DNA of 64,000 nt from Candidatus Moraniibacteriota bacterium (GTDB taxonomy: Bacteria; Patescibacteriota; Minisyncoccia; Moranbacterales; UBA1568). The stretch lies in assembly GCA_052034975.1 (NCBI GenBank), contig JBPOIA010000003.1, positions 49,251 through 113,250 on the forward strand, read 5' to 3'. Shown piece by piece: positions 19,633-28,193 of this stretch (positions are counted from its first letter, which is position 1; every line of letters begins with the position of its first letter). The notes beneath the pieces were generated by a model. That model was not told the DNA's origin, made no database searches, and worked only from the letters and a program-made list of their open reading frames with translations. A program made the translations under genes and the position numbers.

Positions 19633-21225
19633 ATGTACGATATCATCATCAAAAACGGGGTCATTGTCGACGGCAGCGGCCGCCCGATGTACCGTGCCGA
19701 TCTCGGTATCCGGGAGGAACGCATCGTCGAAATCGGGGATCTGTCACATACACAGGGCTCGCAGGTTATCGACGCCACCGGACAATACGTAGTGCCCGGT
19801 TTCGTTGATGTCAACAATCATTCCGATACGTACTGGGAATTACTGAGGAATCCGAAGCTCGAAGCGATGCTCGCGCAAGGCGTGACGACTATCGTCGGTG
19901 GAAATTCTGGATCGTCGCTCGCCCCGCTTACTGATCCGGGCGTCATCCGTTCCATCCAAAAATGGACGGATGTTGAGAAGATCAATTTCAACTGGCTGTC
20001 GATGGAGGAATTTTTGCGCGAGGCAGACAAGCGCCGTCCAGCCATAAACTTCGCGACGCTCGTCGGACACGGAACGTTGCGGCGCGGCGCGATGAAGGAC
20101 GAGACACGTACCATCACGCCGGAAGAGATCGCCGTTATGCAGAAAATGCTTCGGCAGGCTCTCAAGGAGGGTGGCATCGGATTCTCGACCGGACTGAAAT
20201 ACACGCACGCCCGTGGCGCCGGTGTACGCGAGCTTATCGCTCTCACAAAAACGGCGCTCGCTCAAAACGGCCTGTATGTCACATATGTCCGCGACGAGGA
20301 AGAGGGGTTGGTGAAGTCGGTCGAAGAAGCGATTCTGGTCGCACGGGAAACCGGCGCCCCGATCCACATCTCTCACCTCAAAGCCGTCGGCGAGAAGAAT
20401 TGGCCGTTGATGGACGATGTCTTCAGTCTGATCGAAACCGCGGCACTAAACGACATCAAAATCACGTTCGATGTGTATCCTTATACGGTGACCGGATCGG
20501 TATTGTATACGTTCCTTCCGGAATGGGTGACACAGGACGGCCGGAAAATGATGCTCGAACGTCTGCGTGACGCCCAGGTGCGGAGTGCCGTACTCCGTGA
20601 TATGCGACGCAAAGACATCGATTATTCGCAGATGCTCATCACCTCATCGTCGCTTTCGAAGATGCTTACGCGCCGGAGGATTTCGGAGATCGCCGAACTT
20701 CAGGGCAAGCCGCCCGAAGAGACTGTTCTCGATTTCCTCATCGCGAGCTCTGGCCGCGCCATCGTCTCGCTCGAAGTGCTCTCGGAAAAGAACGTCCGTC
20801 GGGCGGTGCAGCATCCGTTCTCGATTATCTCGAGCAACGGTGTCGGATACAACATCGCCCACAAGGAGACCGGCGAGCTTGTTCACCCGCGCAATTTCGG
20901 AACGTTTCCGAAAGTATTTGCGGAGTATGTACGCAAGGAGAAATCGCTTGGTTGGGAAGAAGCAGTACACAAGATGAGTGGCAAGCCAGCGCTCAAATTC
21001 GGTCTTGATCGGCGCGGATTTCTCCAAGAAGGCTATTTCGCCGACGTCGTTGTCCTTGATCCGAACACAGTCGAGGACAAAGCGACGATGGAAGATCCGT
21101 ACCAGTATCCGATCGGTATCTCACACGTCATCGTGAACGGCATCGTGGCGCTCGAAAATGGAGCGTTCTCCCCGCGTCGTGCCGGGATGATCCTCAAAAG
21201 GAAGAGCGGTTGGCTCCCGTGGTAG
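19633..21225 (+). CDS. N-acyl-D-amino-acid deacylase (D-aminoacylase) family amidohydrolase
   Basis: MYDIIIKNGVIVDGSGRP..VVPGFVDVNNHSD..TTIVGGNSG..ISHLKAVG. The ORF-track start at 19630 is GTG; the ATG at 19633 has AAGGAG upstream. Confidence 0.85.
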   Translation: MYDIIIKNGVIVDGSGRPMYRADLGIREERIVEIGDLSHTQGSQVIDATGQYVVPGFVDVNNHSDTYWELLRNPKLEAMLAQGVTTIVGGNSGSSLAPLTDPGVIRSIQKWTDVEKINFNWLSMEEFLREADKRRPAINFATLVGHGTLRRGAMKDETRTITPEEIAVMQKMLRQALKEGGIGFSTGLKYTHARGAGVRELIALTKTALAQNGLYVTYVRDEEEGLVKSVEEAILVARETGAPIHISHLKAVGEKNWPLMDDVFSLIETAALNDIKITFDVYPYTVTGSVLYTFLPEWVTQDGRKMMLERLRDAQVRSAVLRDMRRKDIDYSQMLITSSSLSKMLTRRRISEIAELQGKPPEETVLDFLIASSGRAIVSLEVLSEKNVRRAVQHPFSIISSNGVGYNIAHKETGELVHPRNFGTFPKVFAEYVRKEKSLGWEEAVHKMSGKPALKFGLDRRGFLQEGYFADVVVLDPNTVEDKATMEDPYQYPIGISHVIVNGIVALENGAFSPRRAGMILKRKSGWLPW

Positions 21226-21284
21226 GAAAATCCGAGTCTTAAAATAATCGAGGTGTTAAAGACATCAATTTCTAAGGCGGAATT

Positions 21285-22031
21285 ATGGAGAAAAATTTCA
21301 AAAGAATATTGACAATAGGAATTCTCATCATCTTGATATCAGGGATCGTTCTTTTTTTGGTGGGTTTTTTTGAAAAGACCAAGATACAAGAGAACTCTTC
21401 TCGGATTTCGTTATCTGATAGGGGAGATGAACAAAAACGAGCCGAACAAAAAGCAATAGAGGATAAAATCAATCAACTTTCCGATACGAAAGAGTGGCAG
21501 TTATTTACCAGTAGAAAGTGTGACTTTTCTTTTATTTATCCTCCTATTGCAAGTATTAATAGTGCATGGATGAACGTTCTTGACCCTCGAGATGCCTGTG
21601 AGCTTGTGGTATACATTCAAGATGGCGTTGTATCATCGGAATATTTTCACTTTCACATCAGGCCTTTACCCTATCCATCTCCATACGAAAACTTTAATCC
21701 GAACAAATTAACAGAAAATACGGTAAAGGACTGGAACGCAAAAAAAGTAGCAGAAGAACTGTTGAATCTCAACAAAACTGTATTTGTAAAAAAATATAAT
21801 AGAGAAAATACCTTAATTCCTATAGTAGAAATTCCTGTGAATGGGAAAAAGGCATACACGTTTTCACTTAATGACGGCTACTTCAATTGGGCTGGTGATT
21901 CACATAATCTTGAAAATAAAACGAGTTTTGCTTATATAGCAGACAATGAGGGGAAAGTATATGAAATCACCTTTCCAAGCAATGATAGACTTTCATTGTT
22001 AATCCTCAAAAGTTTAAAGTTTTCGAACTAA
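21285..22031 (+). CDS. Hypothetical N-terminally membrane-anchored protein encoded in a low-GC (about 33%) segment
   Basis: ATG with AAGGCGG RBS. N-terminal TM ILTIGILIILISGIVLFLVGFF. Composition is markedly more AT-rich than neighbours. No recognisable domain. Confidence 0.6.
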   Translation: MEKNFKRILTIGILIILISGIVLFLVGFFEKTKIQENSSRISLSDRGDEQKRAEQKAIEDKINQLSDTKEWQLFTSRKCDFSFIYPPIASINSAWMNVLDPRDACELVVYIQDGVVSSEYFHFHIRPLPYPSPYENFNPNKLTENTVKDWNAKKVAEELLNLNKTVFVKKYNRENTLIPIVEIPVNGKKAYTFSLNDGYFNWAGDSHNLENKTSFAYIADNEGKVYEITFPSNDRLSLLILKSLKFSN

Positions 22032-22054
22032 ATCCATAACACAAGAAAAAGAAA

Positions 22055-22088
22055 AACGCCTACCTGCATAATTTTGCAGGCAGGCGTT
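22055..22088. terminator. Bidirectional terminator hairpin between convergent genes
   Basis: AACGCCTACCTGCA-TAATT-TTGCAGGCAGGCGTT, a 13/14-bp stem with A/T-rich flanks on both sides. Confidence 0.7.
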
Positions 22089-22105
22089 CATTGTTTCAAG
22101 AAGTT

Positions 22106-23707
22106 TTATGGGATGGCGCCCATATACTCAAACTTCACCGCATCCACAGTGATAGATTTAGCTGTTTCTCCAGTGTTCCCTTGTAGGCTCACGGTCGAAT
22201 TCCCGGTAGCATAGAGATTGTAAGTCCCTATATCTACCCAGCGGTTAGAGCCTTGGGCAGCCGTGTATTGGTTCACAGTCTGGGAGGTATACGTCGTCCC
22301 GTTACTGCTTACGGTATACGTCGTACTCGTGCTGCTCGCGTATGTCGTGTTGGCAGGAACATATACCCATACCCTGTACTGGCCATTCTTGGGTAGCGCG
22401 GGTGACCAATTGGCGGTTCCCGAAGAGTTGGTTTCCTTGCTGAAGATGATGCCGCTATAGCCCAGCTGCGGAGATCCTGGGTTGAAGTTTGCTCCTTGGC
22501 GGCTCCAGTCGCCGATTGTGCTGGACGAGCCATTGCAAGTGGGAGTTGTGGAATTGAGTTTGAAAGTGCCCGTGCACTCGTACGGATGTACGACTAAACT
22601 AAAGGACGTCGACTCTGCTGAATACCACCCGTTGTTGATCAATTCGGAAGGATCCACTCTATTACTGATTTCAGCCCAGCTATAGGGAGTAGTTAGATAG
22701 CTATTGGGATCATTCTTCCGAATTTCGAAGTGCAGATGGGATACATACTGACCATCACCGGTCCCCACCTGCCCAACGGCTGCCCCCTTGAGAACAGGGC
22801 TGTTTTCAGTGCCTACCAGATCAAGCACTGAGTTATAACCCGTTTGACCGGATTTCAGCAGATGTGCATACATCGCATAGACTGTGGTAAGGAGCTCTCC
22901 GGTACCGGTAAGGAAGTATTTACCGGCCGGTGCGTCATGGCGAATGAGCACGGTCTTCCCCCAACCGTCAGAACTGCTTCCATCATTGATGTCTTCAATT
23001 TTGCCATTAGAAATGGCATAGAGAGCCTCACCAAGATCATCGCTCCCGCTTCCCTTGTTCCAGTCTTCGGCTACATGCGGAACACCGTTTGTGTTGTTGA
23101 GAGATCCGTAGCTTTGTTTTTCTGCGCCCCAACCATTGGGACTGGCTATGGTGTAATCCACAGGGTAGCGCATTGAAACGAAGAAGTATTCAGACTTTGA
23201 GAGAATCTTTTGCCCGCCAGCATCAAAGTTGAAATTGCAGTGATAGTTCGAAGATTGGTAATCAAAGTCTGTTTCTTGGTAGACGTCAACCGATGACTTG
23301 AGGTACGCATCATCGAAACAGATGGGATTTGCCAACCCAAACCAATACGGATCATCAGGGTCTTGCGACTGCGTGTACTCGTAGACGTAGTCATTGCCGT
23401 TTCCGTAGATGTCGTCGACGCTGTTGACGAGCAAGACCTTCGGTGAGCTGAAGAACTTGAAGACAGAATACCCACCGTGGAATTTGGCGGTACCGTTGTA
23501 GAAGTAGGTCGCCGCCTTCTCGGCCCCGTAAGAGTCGTTACTCAAGGTGATGATCTGCAACGCTTTGGTGTAAGTCGTTCCGTTGTGGGTATACGGAAGT
23601 ATGTAGTGCCCCGGACTTGTGGGGGCAGTGGCAAAAGCCGCGATCGAGCAGAGGTTTAACAGGAATACGCCGATGAATTTCATCGGTGCGGACAGAATCC
23701 TTCTCAT
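22106..23707 (-). CDS. Secreted M23-family (LytM-like) metallopeptidase with long Ser/Thr/Asn-rich C-terminal domain
   Basis: AGGAG is 8 nt upstream of the ATG at 23707. Signal peptide MKFIGVFLLNLCSIAAFATA. M23 motif GQVGTGDGQYVSHLHFEIRKN (HxH). C-terminal 170 aa are T/S/N/Y-rich (TTYASSTSTTYTVSSNGTTYTSQTV). Confidence 0.8.
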   Translation of the reverse strand: MRRILSAPMKFIGVFLLNLCSIAAFATAPTSPGHYILPYTHNGTTYTKALQIITLSNDSYGAEKAATYFYNGTAKFHGGYSVFKFFSSPKVLLVNSVDDIYGNGNDYVYEYTQSQDPDDPYWFGLANPICFDDAYLKSSVDVYQETDFDYQSSNYHCNFNFDAGGQKILSKSEYFFVSMRYPVDYTIASPNGWGAEKQSYGSLNNTNGVPHVAEDWNKGSGSDDLGEALYAISNGKIEDINDGSSSDGWGKTVLIRHDAPAGKYFLTGTGELLTTVYAMYAHLLKSGQTGYNSVLDLVGTENSPVLKGAAVGQVGTGDGQYVSHLHFEIRKNDPNSYLTTPYSWAEISNRVDPSELINNGWYSAESTSFSLVVHPYECTGTFKLNSTTPTCNGSSSTIGDWSRQGANFNPGSPQLGYSGIIFSKETNSSGTANWSPALPKNGQYRVWVYVPANTTYASSTSTTYTVSSNGTTYTSQTVNQYTAAQGSNRWVDIGTYNLYATGNSTVSLQGNTGETAKSITVDAVKFEYMGAIP

Positions 23708-23894
23708 TTCAATTCTCCTGATTCATAGAGTGGTAAAACGGATTTGGACAACACTTCTAGCTGTCATTTCATAGCATTTCCCCTTTCGTATTGTTAATGA
23801 ACCGGTTGAGATTATCAGAGGGGTGGTTCCTTGTCAAGTCGTCATTTTTTGTTTTTGACGCTAGAGGGTGTAAAATGGCGGATATCGCACACGT

Positions 23895-25295
23895 ATGCAA
23901 GAATCGTTTTTCAGGGACAAGAAGATCACGGTATTTGGCCTCGGTCTTAACGCGGGTGGCGTTGGCACGGCCAGGTTTCTCGCGGAACAGGGCGCGCGTG
24001 AGATCATCGTGACTGACATCAAGAGTCGCGAAGATCTCGCTTCGTCGGTCGAGAAGCTTGCCAAATACAAGAATATTACCTTCGTGCTTGGTCAACACCG
24101 GCCGGAGGACTTTTCGCGTGTCGATATGGTGATCAAAAATCCCGTGATCCCGTGGACGAACGAATATGTGAAACTCGCCGAGAAGCACGATGTGCCGGTT
24201 GAGATGGATTCCAGCCTCTTTTTTCGATTATGCAGAGCGCCGATTATTGGCGTAACTGGCACGAAGGGCAAGACGACGACTGCGATGCTTATCGCTCATA
24301 TTCTCGAAACTGCCGGCCGGAAAGTTCTTCGCGCCGGTATCGGGCAGATTGGCGTACTTGGTGTGCTGAACAAAATTACACCGGAGACAACGGTAGTATT
24401 CGAACTGTCTTCGTGGCGATTGTCGGCGCTCGCACGCACCAAGAAAAGCCCATCGATCGCGGTCATCACAAATCTTTATCCCGACCATCTTAATTATTAT
24501 AAGACGATGGAGGCGTACGCGGCGGACAAAAAGAATATCTTTTTATTCCAAAAGCGAAACGACACGCTCATCGCGAACGCCGATCAACCTGAAGTCCGCG
24601 AGATGGCGCAGGATGCGCCGGGCGGATGCGTTTGGTTTTCAAATAAACAGGCGATCGATGGTGATGGCGTCTGGCGCGAAGACGGGATGCTCTTTGTGCG
24701 GCAGGGAGGAAAACAAAGCGTGCTTTTGCCGCTTGAACATACCCGACTTGTAGGAGAGCATAATATCGGGAATATCGCCGCGGCCGCCCTCGCCGCCCTC
24801 GTCGCCGGAGTGTCTGCAAAGGAAATCCGTTTTGGCATCGAGAGTTTTTCCGGCGTGCCACATCGATTGGAGTATATAAGGGAAAAAGACAGCGTTCGGT
24901 ATTACAATGATACGGCGGCTACCATTCCCGAAGCGGCGATCGCCGCTCTTCGATCGTTTTCGCAGCCGGTGATTCTCATCTGCGGCGGCAGCGACAAGCG
25001 GCTCGTCTTCGATGCATTCGCTGACGAGATTTTCGCTCATTCCAAAGGAGTGATCTTTCTGAAAGGCGAAGGGACGGATAAACTCGCGTTTTCGCTCTCG
25101 GAACGCTTGGCACGGGAGGGACGGAAGATGAATTTTGAGATCGTGGAAAGTATGGGCAAGGCAGTGGAACTCGCCTCTCGGAGCGCTGAGCCGGGTGATA
25201 TCGTGCTTCTCTCGCCTGGCGCGGCGAGCTTTGGTCTCTTCCGGAACGAATTCGACCGAGGCGAGCAGTTCCGCGTCGCTGTCCAATCACTCTGA
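23895..25295 (+). CDS. murD: UDP-N-acetylmuramoyl-L-alanine--D-glutamate ligase (Mur ligase family)
   Basis: N-terminal Rossmann KKITVFGLGLNAGGVGTARFL. Mur ligase P-loop IGVTGTKGKTTT and DHLNYY. Length 466 aa. Confidence 0.8.
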   Translation: MQESFFRDKKITVFGLGLNAGGVGTARFLAEQGAREIIVTDIKSREDLASSVEKLAKYKNITFVLGQHRPEDFSRVDMVIKNPVIPWTNEYVKLAEKHDVPVEMDSSLFFRLCRAPIIGVTGTKGKTTTAMLIAHILETAGRKVLRAGIGQIGVLGVLNKITPETTVVFELSSWRLSALARTKKSPSIAVITNLYPDHLNYYKTMEAYAADKKNIFLFQKRNDTLIANADQPEVREMAQDAPGGCVWFSNKQAIDGDGVWREDGMLFVRQGGKQSVLLPLEHTRLVGEHNIGNIAAAALAALVAGVSAKEIRFGIESFSGVPHRLEYIREKDSVRYYNDTAATIPEAAIAALRSFSQPVILICGGSDKRLVFDAFADEIFAHSKGVIFLKGEGTDKLAFSLSERLAREGRKMNFEIVESMGKAVELASRSAEPGDIVLLSPGAASFGLFRNEFDRGEQFRVAVQSL

Positions 25296-25308
25296 AATTC
25301 TTGATGGC

Positions 25309-25355
25309 TTGACGGATGTTTGGAAAAGCCCTAATATACCCCCAGAGGGTATATT
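25309..25355 (+). promoter_or_regulatory. Sigma70-type promoter (TTGACG-17-TAATAT) overlapped by a 9-bp perfect inverted repeat AATATACCC-N5-GGGTATATT, a CsoR-type operator candidate
   Basis: -35 at 25309-25314, -10 at 25332-25337. Inverted repeat 25333-25355 spans the -10 and TSS. Lies 17 nt upstream of the CsoR-family gene. Confidence 0.65.
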
Positions 25356-25371
25356 TTAATTTTCTCGGCGT

Positions 25372-25614
25372 ATGAAAACTCAGCGAAACAAAGTGCTGTC
25401 GCGCATCGCCCGTATTGAAGGACAATTGAAAGGTATCCGCCGTATGGTGGAAGAGAAGGAGGAATGTCTCGATATCATCACGCAAGTGAGCGCCATCCGT
25501 GAAGCGGTCGGAATGCTCGGGGTCGAGCTTCTGAAGGATGATATGACGTGCAAATGGGACGGCAAGAAAAAGATCGATGAAGCCTATCTAAAAAACTTGT
25601 TTAAAATGCAATAA
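25372..25614 (+). CDS. CsoR/RcnR/CstR-family (DUF156) metal/persulfide-sensing transcriptional repressor
   Basis: 80 aa. LSRIARIEGQLKGIRRMVEEKEECLDIITQVSAIREA is the family N-terminal helix. Cys at about 32 and about 60 (DMTCK) without the CsoR His ligand, so CstR-like. A palindromic operator lies upstream (see promoter feature). Confidence 0.75.
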   Translation: MKTQRNKVLSRIARIEGQLKGIRRMVEEKEECLDIITQVSAIREAVGMLGVELLKDDMTCKWDGKKKIDEAYLKNLFKMQ

Positions 25615-25619
25615 CGCGT

Positions 25620-26855
25620 ATGAATCAGCCCTTTGAAGCCGCGCAGGCGCAGCTTCGTGCCGTCGAAGAGCTCGTTCGTATCGATCGAAATATCTTCGAG
25701 AGACTCCTCTTTCCGGAGCGCATTATCGAGGTGTCGATTCCTGTCCGAATGGATGACGGTACGACTAAAGTGTTTATCGGGTATCGTGCGCAGTACAACA
25801 GTGCCCGCGGTCCGTATAAGGGCGGGATTCGTTTTCATCCGGGCGTAACGCGCGAAGAAGTGACGGCACTCTCGATGTGGATGACGTGGAAAACGGCGGT
25901 CGTCGATATCCCGCTTGGTGGCGGTAAAGGAGGGGTCACTGTGGACGTGAAAACGTTGTCCGATCGGGAATTGGAAGCGGTGTCCCGAGGATATATCCGG
26001 GCGATTGCGCCGTTCATCGGGAGCGATCTCGATGTGCCGGCACCGGACGTTTCCACTGATGCGCGCATAATGGGATGGATGCTCGATGAGTACGAATCAG
26101 TGACGGGTCGCCACGTCCCGGGTGTCATTACTGGTAAACCGCTTTCACTTGAAGGTTCGCTCGGTCGTGAATACGCGACGGCGCTGGGAGCCTTTTTCGT
26201 GCTAGAACGGGCGCGGGAAGAACTCCATCTGCCGAAGGATGCGAGCGTGGCGATTCAGGGATTTGGGAATGGTGGATCGCATCTGGCACGACTGCTTGCA
26301 GAGAAAGGGTACAGAGTCGTGGCGATCGCGGATTCCAAATCGACGGTATACCGAAGCGATGGTCTCGATGTATCGGAAATCGCCGAACATAAGCGTACGG
26401 CGGGTAATTTGAAAACCTGTACTGGTTGTGAGAAACTGCGAAGCGAAGATGTCCTGACTGTTTCCGCCGATATCCTCGTTCCGGCCGCGCTCGAAGGAGC
26501 GATCCATCGGGGGAATGCTGCTGACATCCGAGCGAAGCTTATTGTCGAGGTGGCGAATGGGCCGGTGACACCTGAAGCGGATGCGATCCTTTATGACCGC
26601 GGTGTCACGGTGGTGCCGGATATCCTCGCTAATGCTGGTGGTGTTACGGTGTCGTATTTCGAACAGGTACAGAATGCGGCACATTATCCGTGGACGGAAG
26701 ACGAGGTGAATCAGCGTTTACAAGAGAAGATGGAATCAGCGTTTCGGGATGTTTCCCGAGCGAAAGAGGAGTATAATACGGATATGCGGACCGCTGCGTA
26801 TACACTGGCCGTGAAGCGTGTAGCGCAAGCGATGCGCGACCGTGGCCGTTCCTGA
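25620..26855 (+). CDS. gdhA: Glutamate dehydrogenase
   Basis: YRAQYNSARGPYKGGIRFHPGVT..KTAVVDIPLGGGKGG..AIQGFGNGGS. Confidence 0.9.
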   Translation: MNQPFEAAQAQLRAVEELVRIDRNIFERLLFPERIIEVSIPVRMDDGTTKVFIGYRAQYNSARGPYKGGIRFHPGVTREEVTALSMWMTWKTAVVDIPLGGGKGGVTVDVKTLSDRELEAVSRGYIRAIAPFIGSDLDVPAPDVSTDARIMGWMLDEYESVTGRHVPGVITGKPLSLEGSLGREYATALGAFFVLERAREELHLPKDASVAIQGFGNGGSHLARLLAEKGYRVVAIADSKSTVYRSDGLDVSEIAEHKRTAGNLKTCTGCEKLRSEDVLTVSADILVPAALEGAIHRGNAADIRAKLIVEVANGPVTPEADAILYDRGVTVVPDILANAGGVTVSYFEQVQNAAHYPWTEDEVNQRLQEKMESAFRDVSRAKEEYNTDMRTAAYTLAVKRVAQAMRDRGRS

Positions 26856-26923
26856 CAAAGGACAAAGGATCGAGCGGAGGTGCAAAATATTTTTTCGATT
26901 TTATAGAGTTTATTTTACGAAGT

Positions 26924-27871
26924 ATGTATGATGTGATAATAATCGGCGGGGGACCGGGAGGAGTGGCGGCGGGCGTGTATGCGGCGCGCAAGCGGATGAA
27001 GACGCTCTTCATCACCGAAAGTTTCCAAAGCCAGTCGGCGGTGTCGGCGAGCATCGAGAATTGGATCGGTACGGTGACGATTCCGGGTTGGGAATTCGCC
27101 GCCGCACTCGAAAAACACCTGCGCGCGCAGGAGGGTATAGAAATCAATACCGGTGAAAAAGTGTCCGGTATCGAGAGGCTTCCCGAAGGCGGATTCGCCG
27201 TTTTGACGGATAGGGGTGGACGTTCCGAAACGAAAACGATCATTGTGGCATCGGGCGGGCGGCACCGGCATCTGGATGTTCCCGGTGAAGAGAAGTTCAA
27301 AGGTAAGGGCGTCGTGTATTGTTCAACCTGCGATGCGCCGTTTTTTCGTGACAAGAGAGTCGTCGTGGTGGGCGGCGGAAACGCGGGACTCGAAGCTGTG
27401 GAAGACTTGCTGCCGTATGCGAAAGAAATTGTCATTCTTGTTCGATCGGGAGAGCTCAAGGGTGATCCGGTAACCAAAGAGAAGGTTCTGGCTGATCCGA
27501 AAGTGAGCGTTGTCTTTTTCGGCCTGACGCAGGAAATTGTCGGTGAACAGAAAGTCGAAGGATTGCGATACGAAGACGCGCAAACCGGTGAAGAAAAAAC
27601 GATTCCGACGGACGGCGTGTTTGTGGAAATCGGTATGGTGCCGAACACGGAGTTTGTGAAAGGTCTGCTCGATACGAATGAGCGCGGGGAAATCAAAATC
27701 GATGGCAAGACGGCTGCGACATCCTGTTCGGGAATCTTCGCGACCGGAGATGCGACCGACGTGCCATACAAGCAGAACAATATTTCCGCCGGTTACGGTG
27801 TGGTCGCTGCCCTTTCGGCGTACGACCTTTTCCGAAAAGCGAAAATATCTGGCGGCATTGACAAGAGGTAG
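26924..27871 (+). CDS. trxB: Thioredoxin reductase-like FAD/NAD(P) disulfide oxidoreductase
   Basis: YDVIIIGGGPGGVAAGVYAAR. Redox motif VVYCSTCDAPFF (CxxC; canonical TrxR is CATC). Second Rossmann VVVVGGGNAGLEA. GIFATGD. Confidence 0.78.
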   Translation: MYDVIIIGGGPGGVAAGVYAARKRMKTLFITESFQSQSAVSASIENWIGTVTIPGWEFAAALEKHLRAQEGIEINTGEKVSGIERLPEGGFAVLTDRGGRSETKTIIVASGGRHRHLDVPGEEKFKGKGVVYCSTCDAPFFRDKRVVVVGGGNAGLEAVEDLLPYAKEIVILVRSGELKGDPVTKEKVLADPKVSVVFFGLTQEIVGEQKVEGLRYEDAQTGEEKTIPTDGVFVEIGMVPNTEFVKGLLDTNERGEIKIDGKTAATSCSGIFATGDATDVPYKQNNISAGYGVVAALSAYDLFRKAKISGGIDKR

Positions 27872-27886
27872 AAAAGATGCTATAAT
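27858..27886 (+). promoter_or_regulatory. Perfect consensus sigma70 promoter TTGACA-17-TATAAT embedded in the last codons of trxB
   Basis: TTGACA at 27858-27863, 17-nt spacer, TATAAT at 27881-27886. Predicted TSS about 27893, 12 nt before a terminator hairpin. Confidence 0.7.
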
Positions 27887-27904
27887 GGATAAAGAATGGA
27901 AAAA

Positions 27905-27944
27905 GCGGGTGGTCCCAAAAGAGGGAACACCCGCTTTCTTTTTC
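27905..27944 (+). terminator. Intrinsic terminator hairpin GCGGGTGGTCCC-AAAAGAG-GGGAACACCCGC followed by TTTCTTTTT
   Basis: 12-bp GC-rich stem plus U-tract. A second hairpin CCAAGCG-ATGGGGAC-GCTTGG follows at 27945-27966. Confidence 0.7.
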
Positions 27945-28077
27945 CAAGCGATGGGGACGCTTGGGGGAAGAAATGGTTCTTTAAAAGAAAAACAAAGACA
28001 AAAATACCAAGACTTTCGTCTGGAAAAATAAAGACAAGTCTCCTTGTCTTCGCCTCCCAGAGAGGCTTTTTGCAACA

Positions 28078-28111
28078 CCGTTGCTAGATAAACGATCAGC
28101 AACGGTTTTTT
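28078..28111 (+). terminator. Terminator-like hairpin CCGTTGCT-N12-AGCAACGG followed by TTTTTT, immediately upstream of murA
   Basis: 8-bp stem and T6 tract. Third hairpin in the 240-bp trxB-murA spacer. Confidence 0.6.
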
Positions 28112-28193
28112 GCTTGAAAAAAAGCCAGTTTTTGGCTACACTGAACGAGATGTTCGAGAAGGGATTTGTGATCCGTTTATGGAAGAAGAGTCT

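Noticed and set aside
23708-23894. Promoter for murD (TTGACG / TGTAAAAT-like) in the divergent spacer.
   Set aside because: The -35/-10 spacing is not canonical (10 nt or over 20 nt), so the match is too weak to list as a feature.
26644-27780. 378-aa minus-strand ORF antisense to gdhA/trxB, and 27981-28970 (329 aa) antisense to murA.
   Set aside because: They overlap conserved enzymes on the plus strand and have Ser/Pro/Arg-rich low-complexity translations with no start context.
27896-28087. 63-aa ORF (and the C-terminal tail of ORF 27678-28031) crossing the trxB-murA spacer.
   Set aside because: It runs through three hairpins and a terminator and is Lys/Arg-rich low complexity with no RBS. 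The region is better explained as a structured non-coding leader or sRNA.
28110-28193. ORF-track N-terminal extensions starting at TTG/GTG codons (28110 murA, 30516 GT4, 32894 holB, 13332 ruvX, 7108 rplX, 19630, 31657, 57256, 52277).
   Set aside because: The track evidently reports the first in-frame NTG. In each case the first ATG a few codons downstream matches the conserved protein N-terminus. The TTG at 28110 lies inside a terminator stem. Starts were reassigned to ATG.
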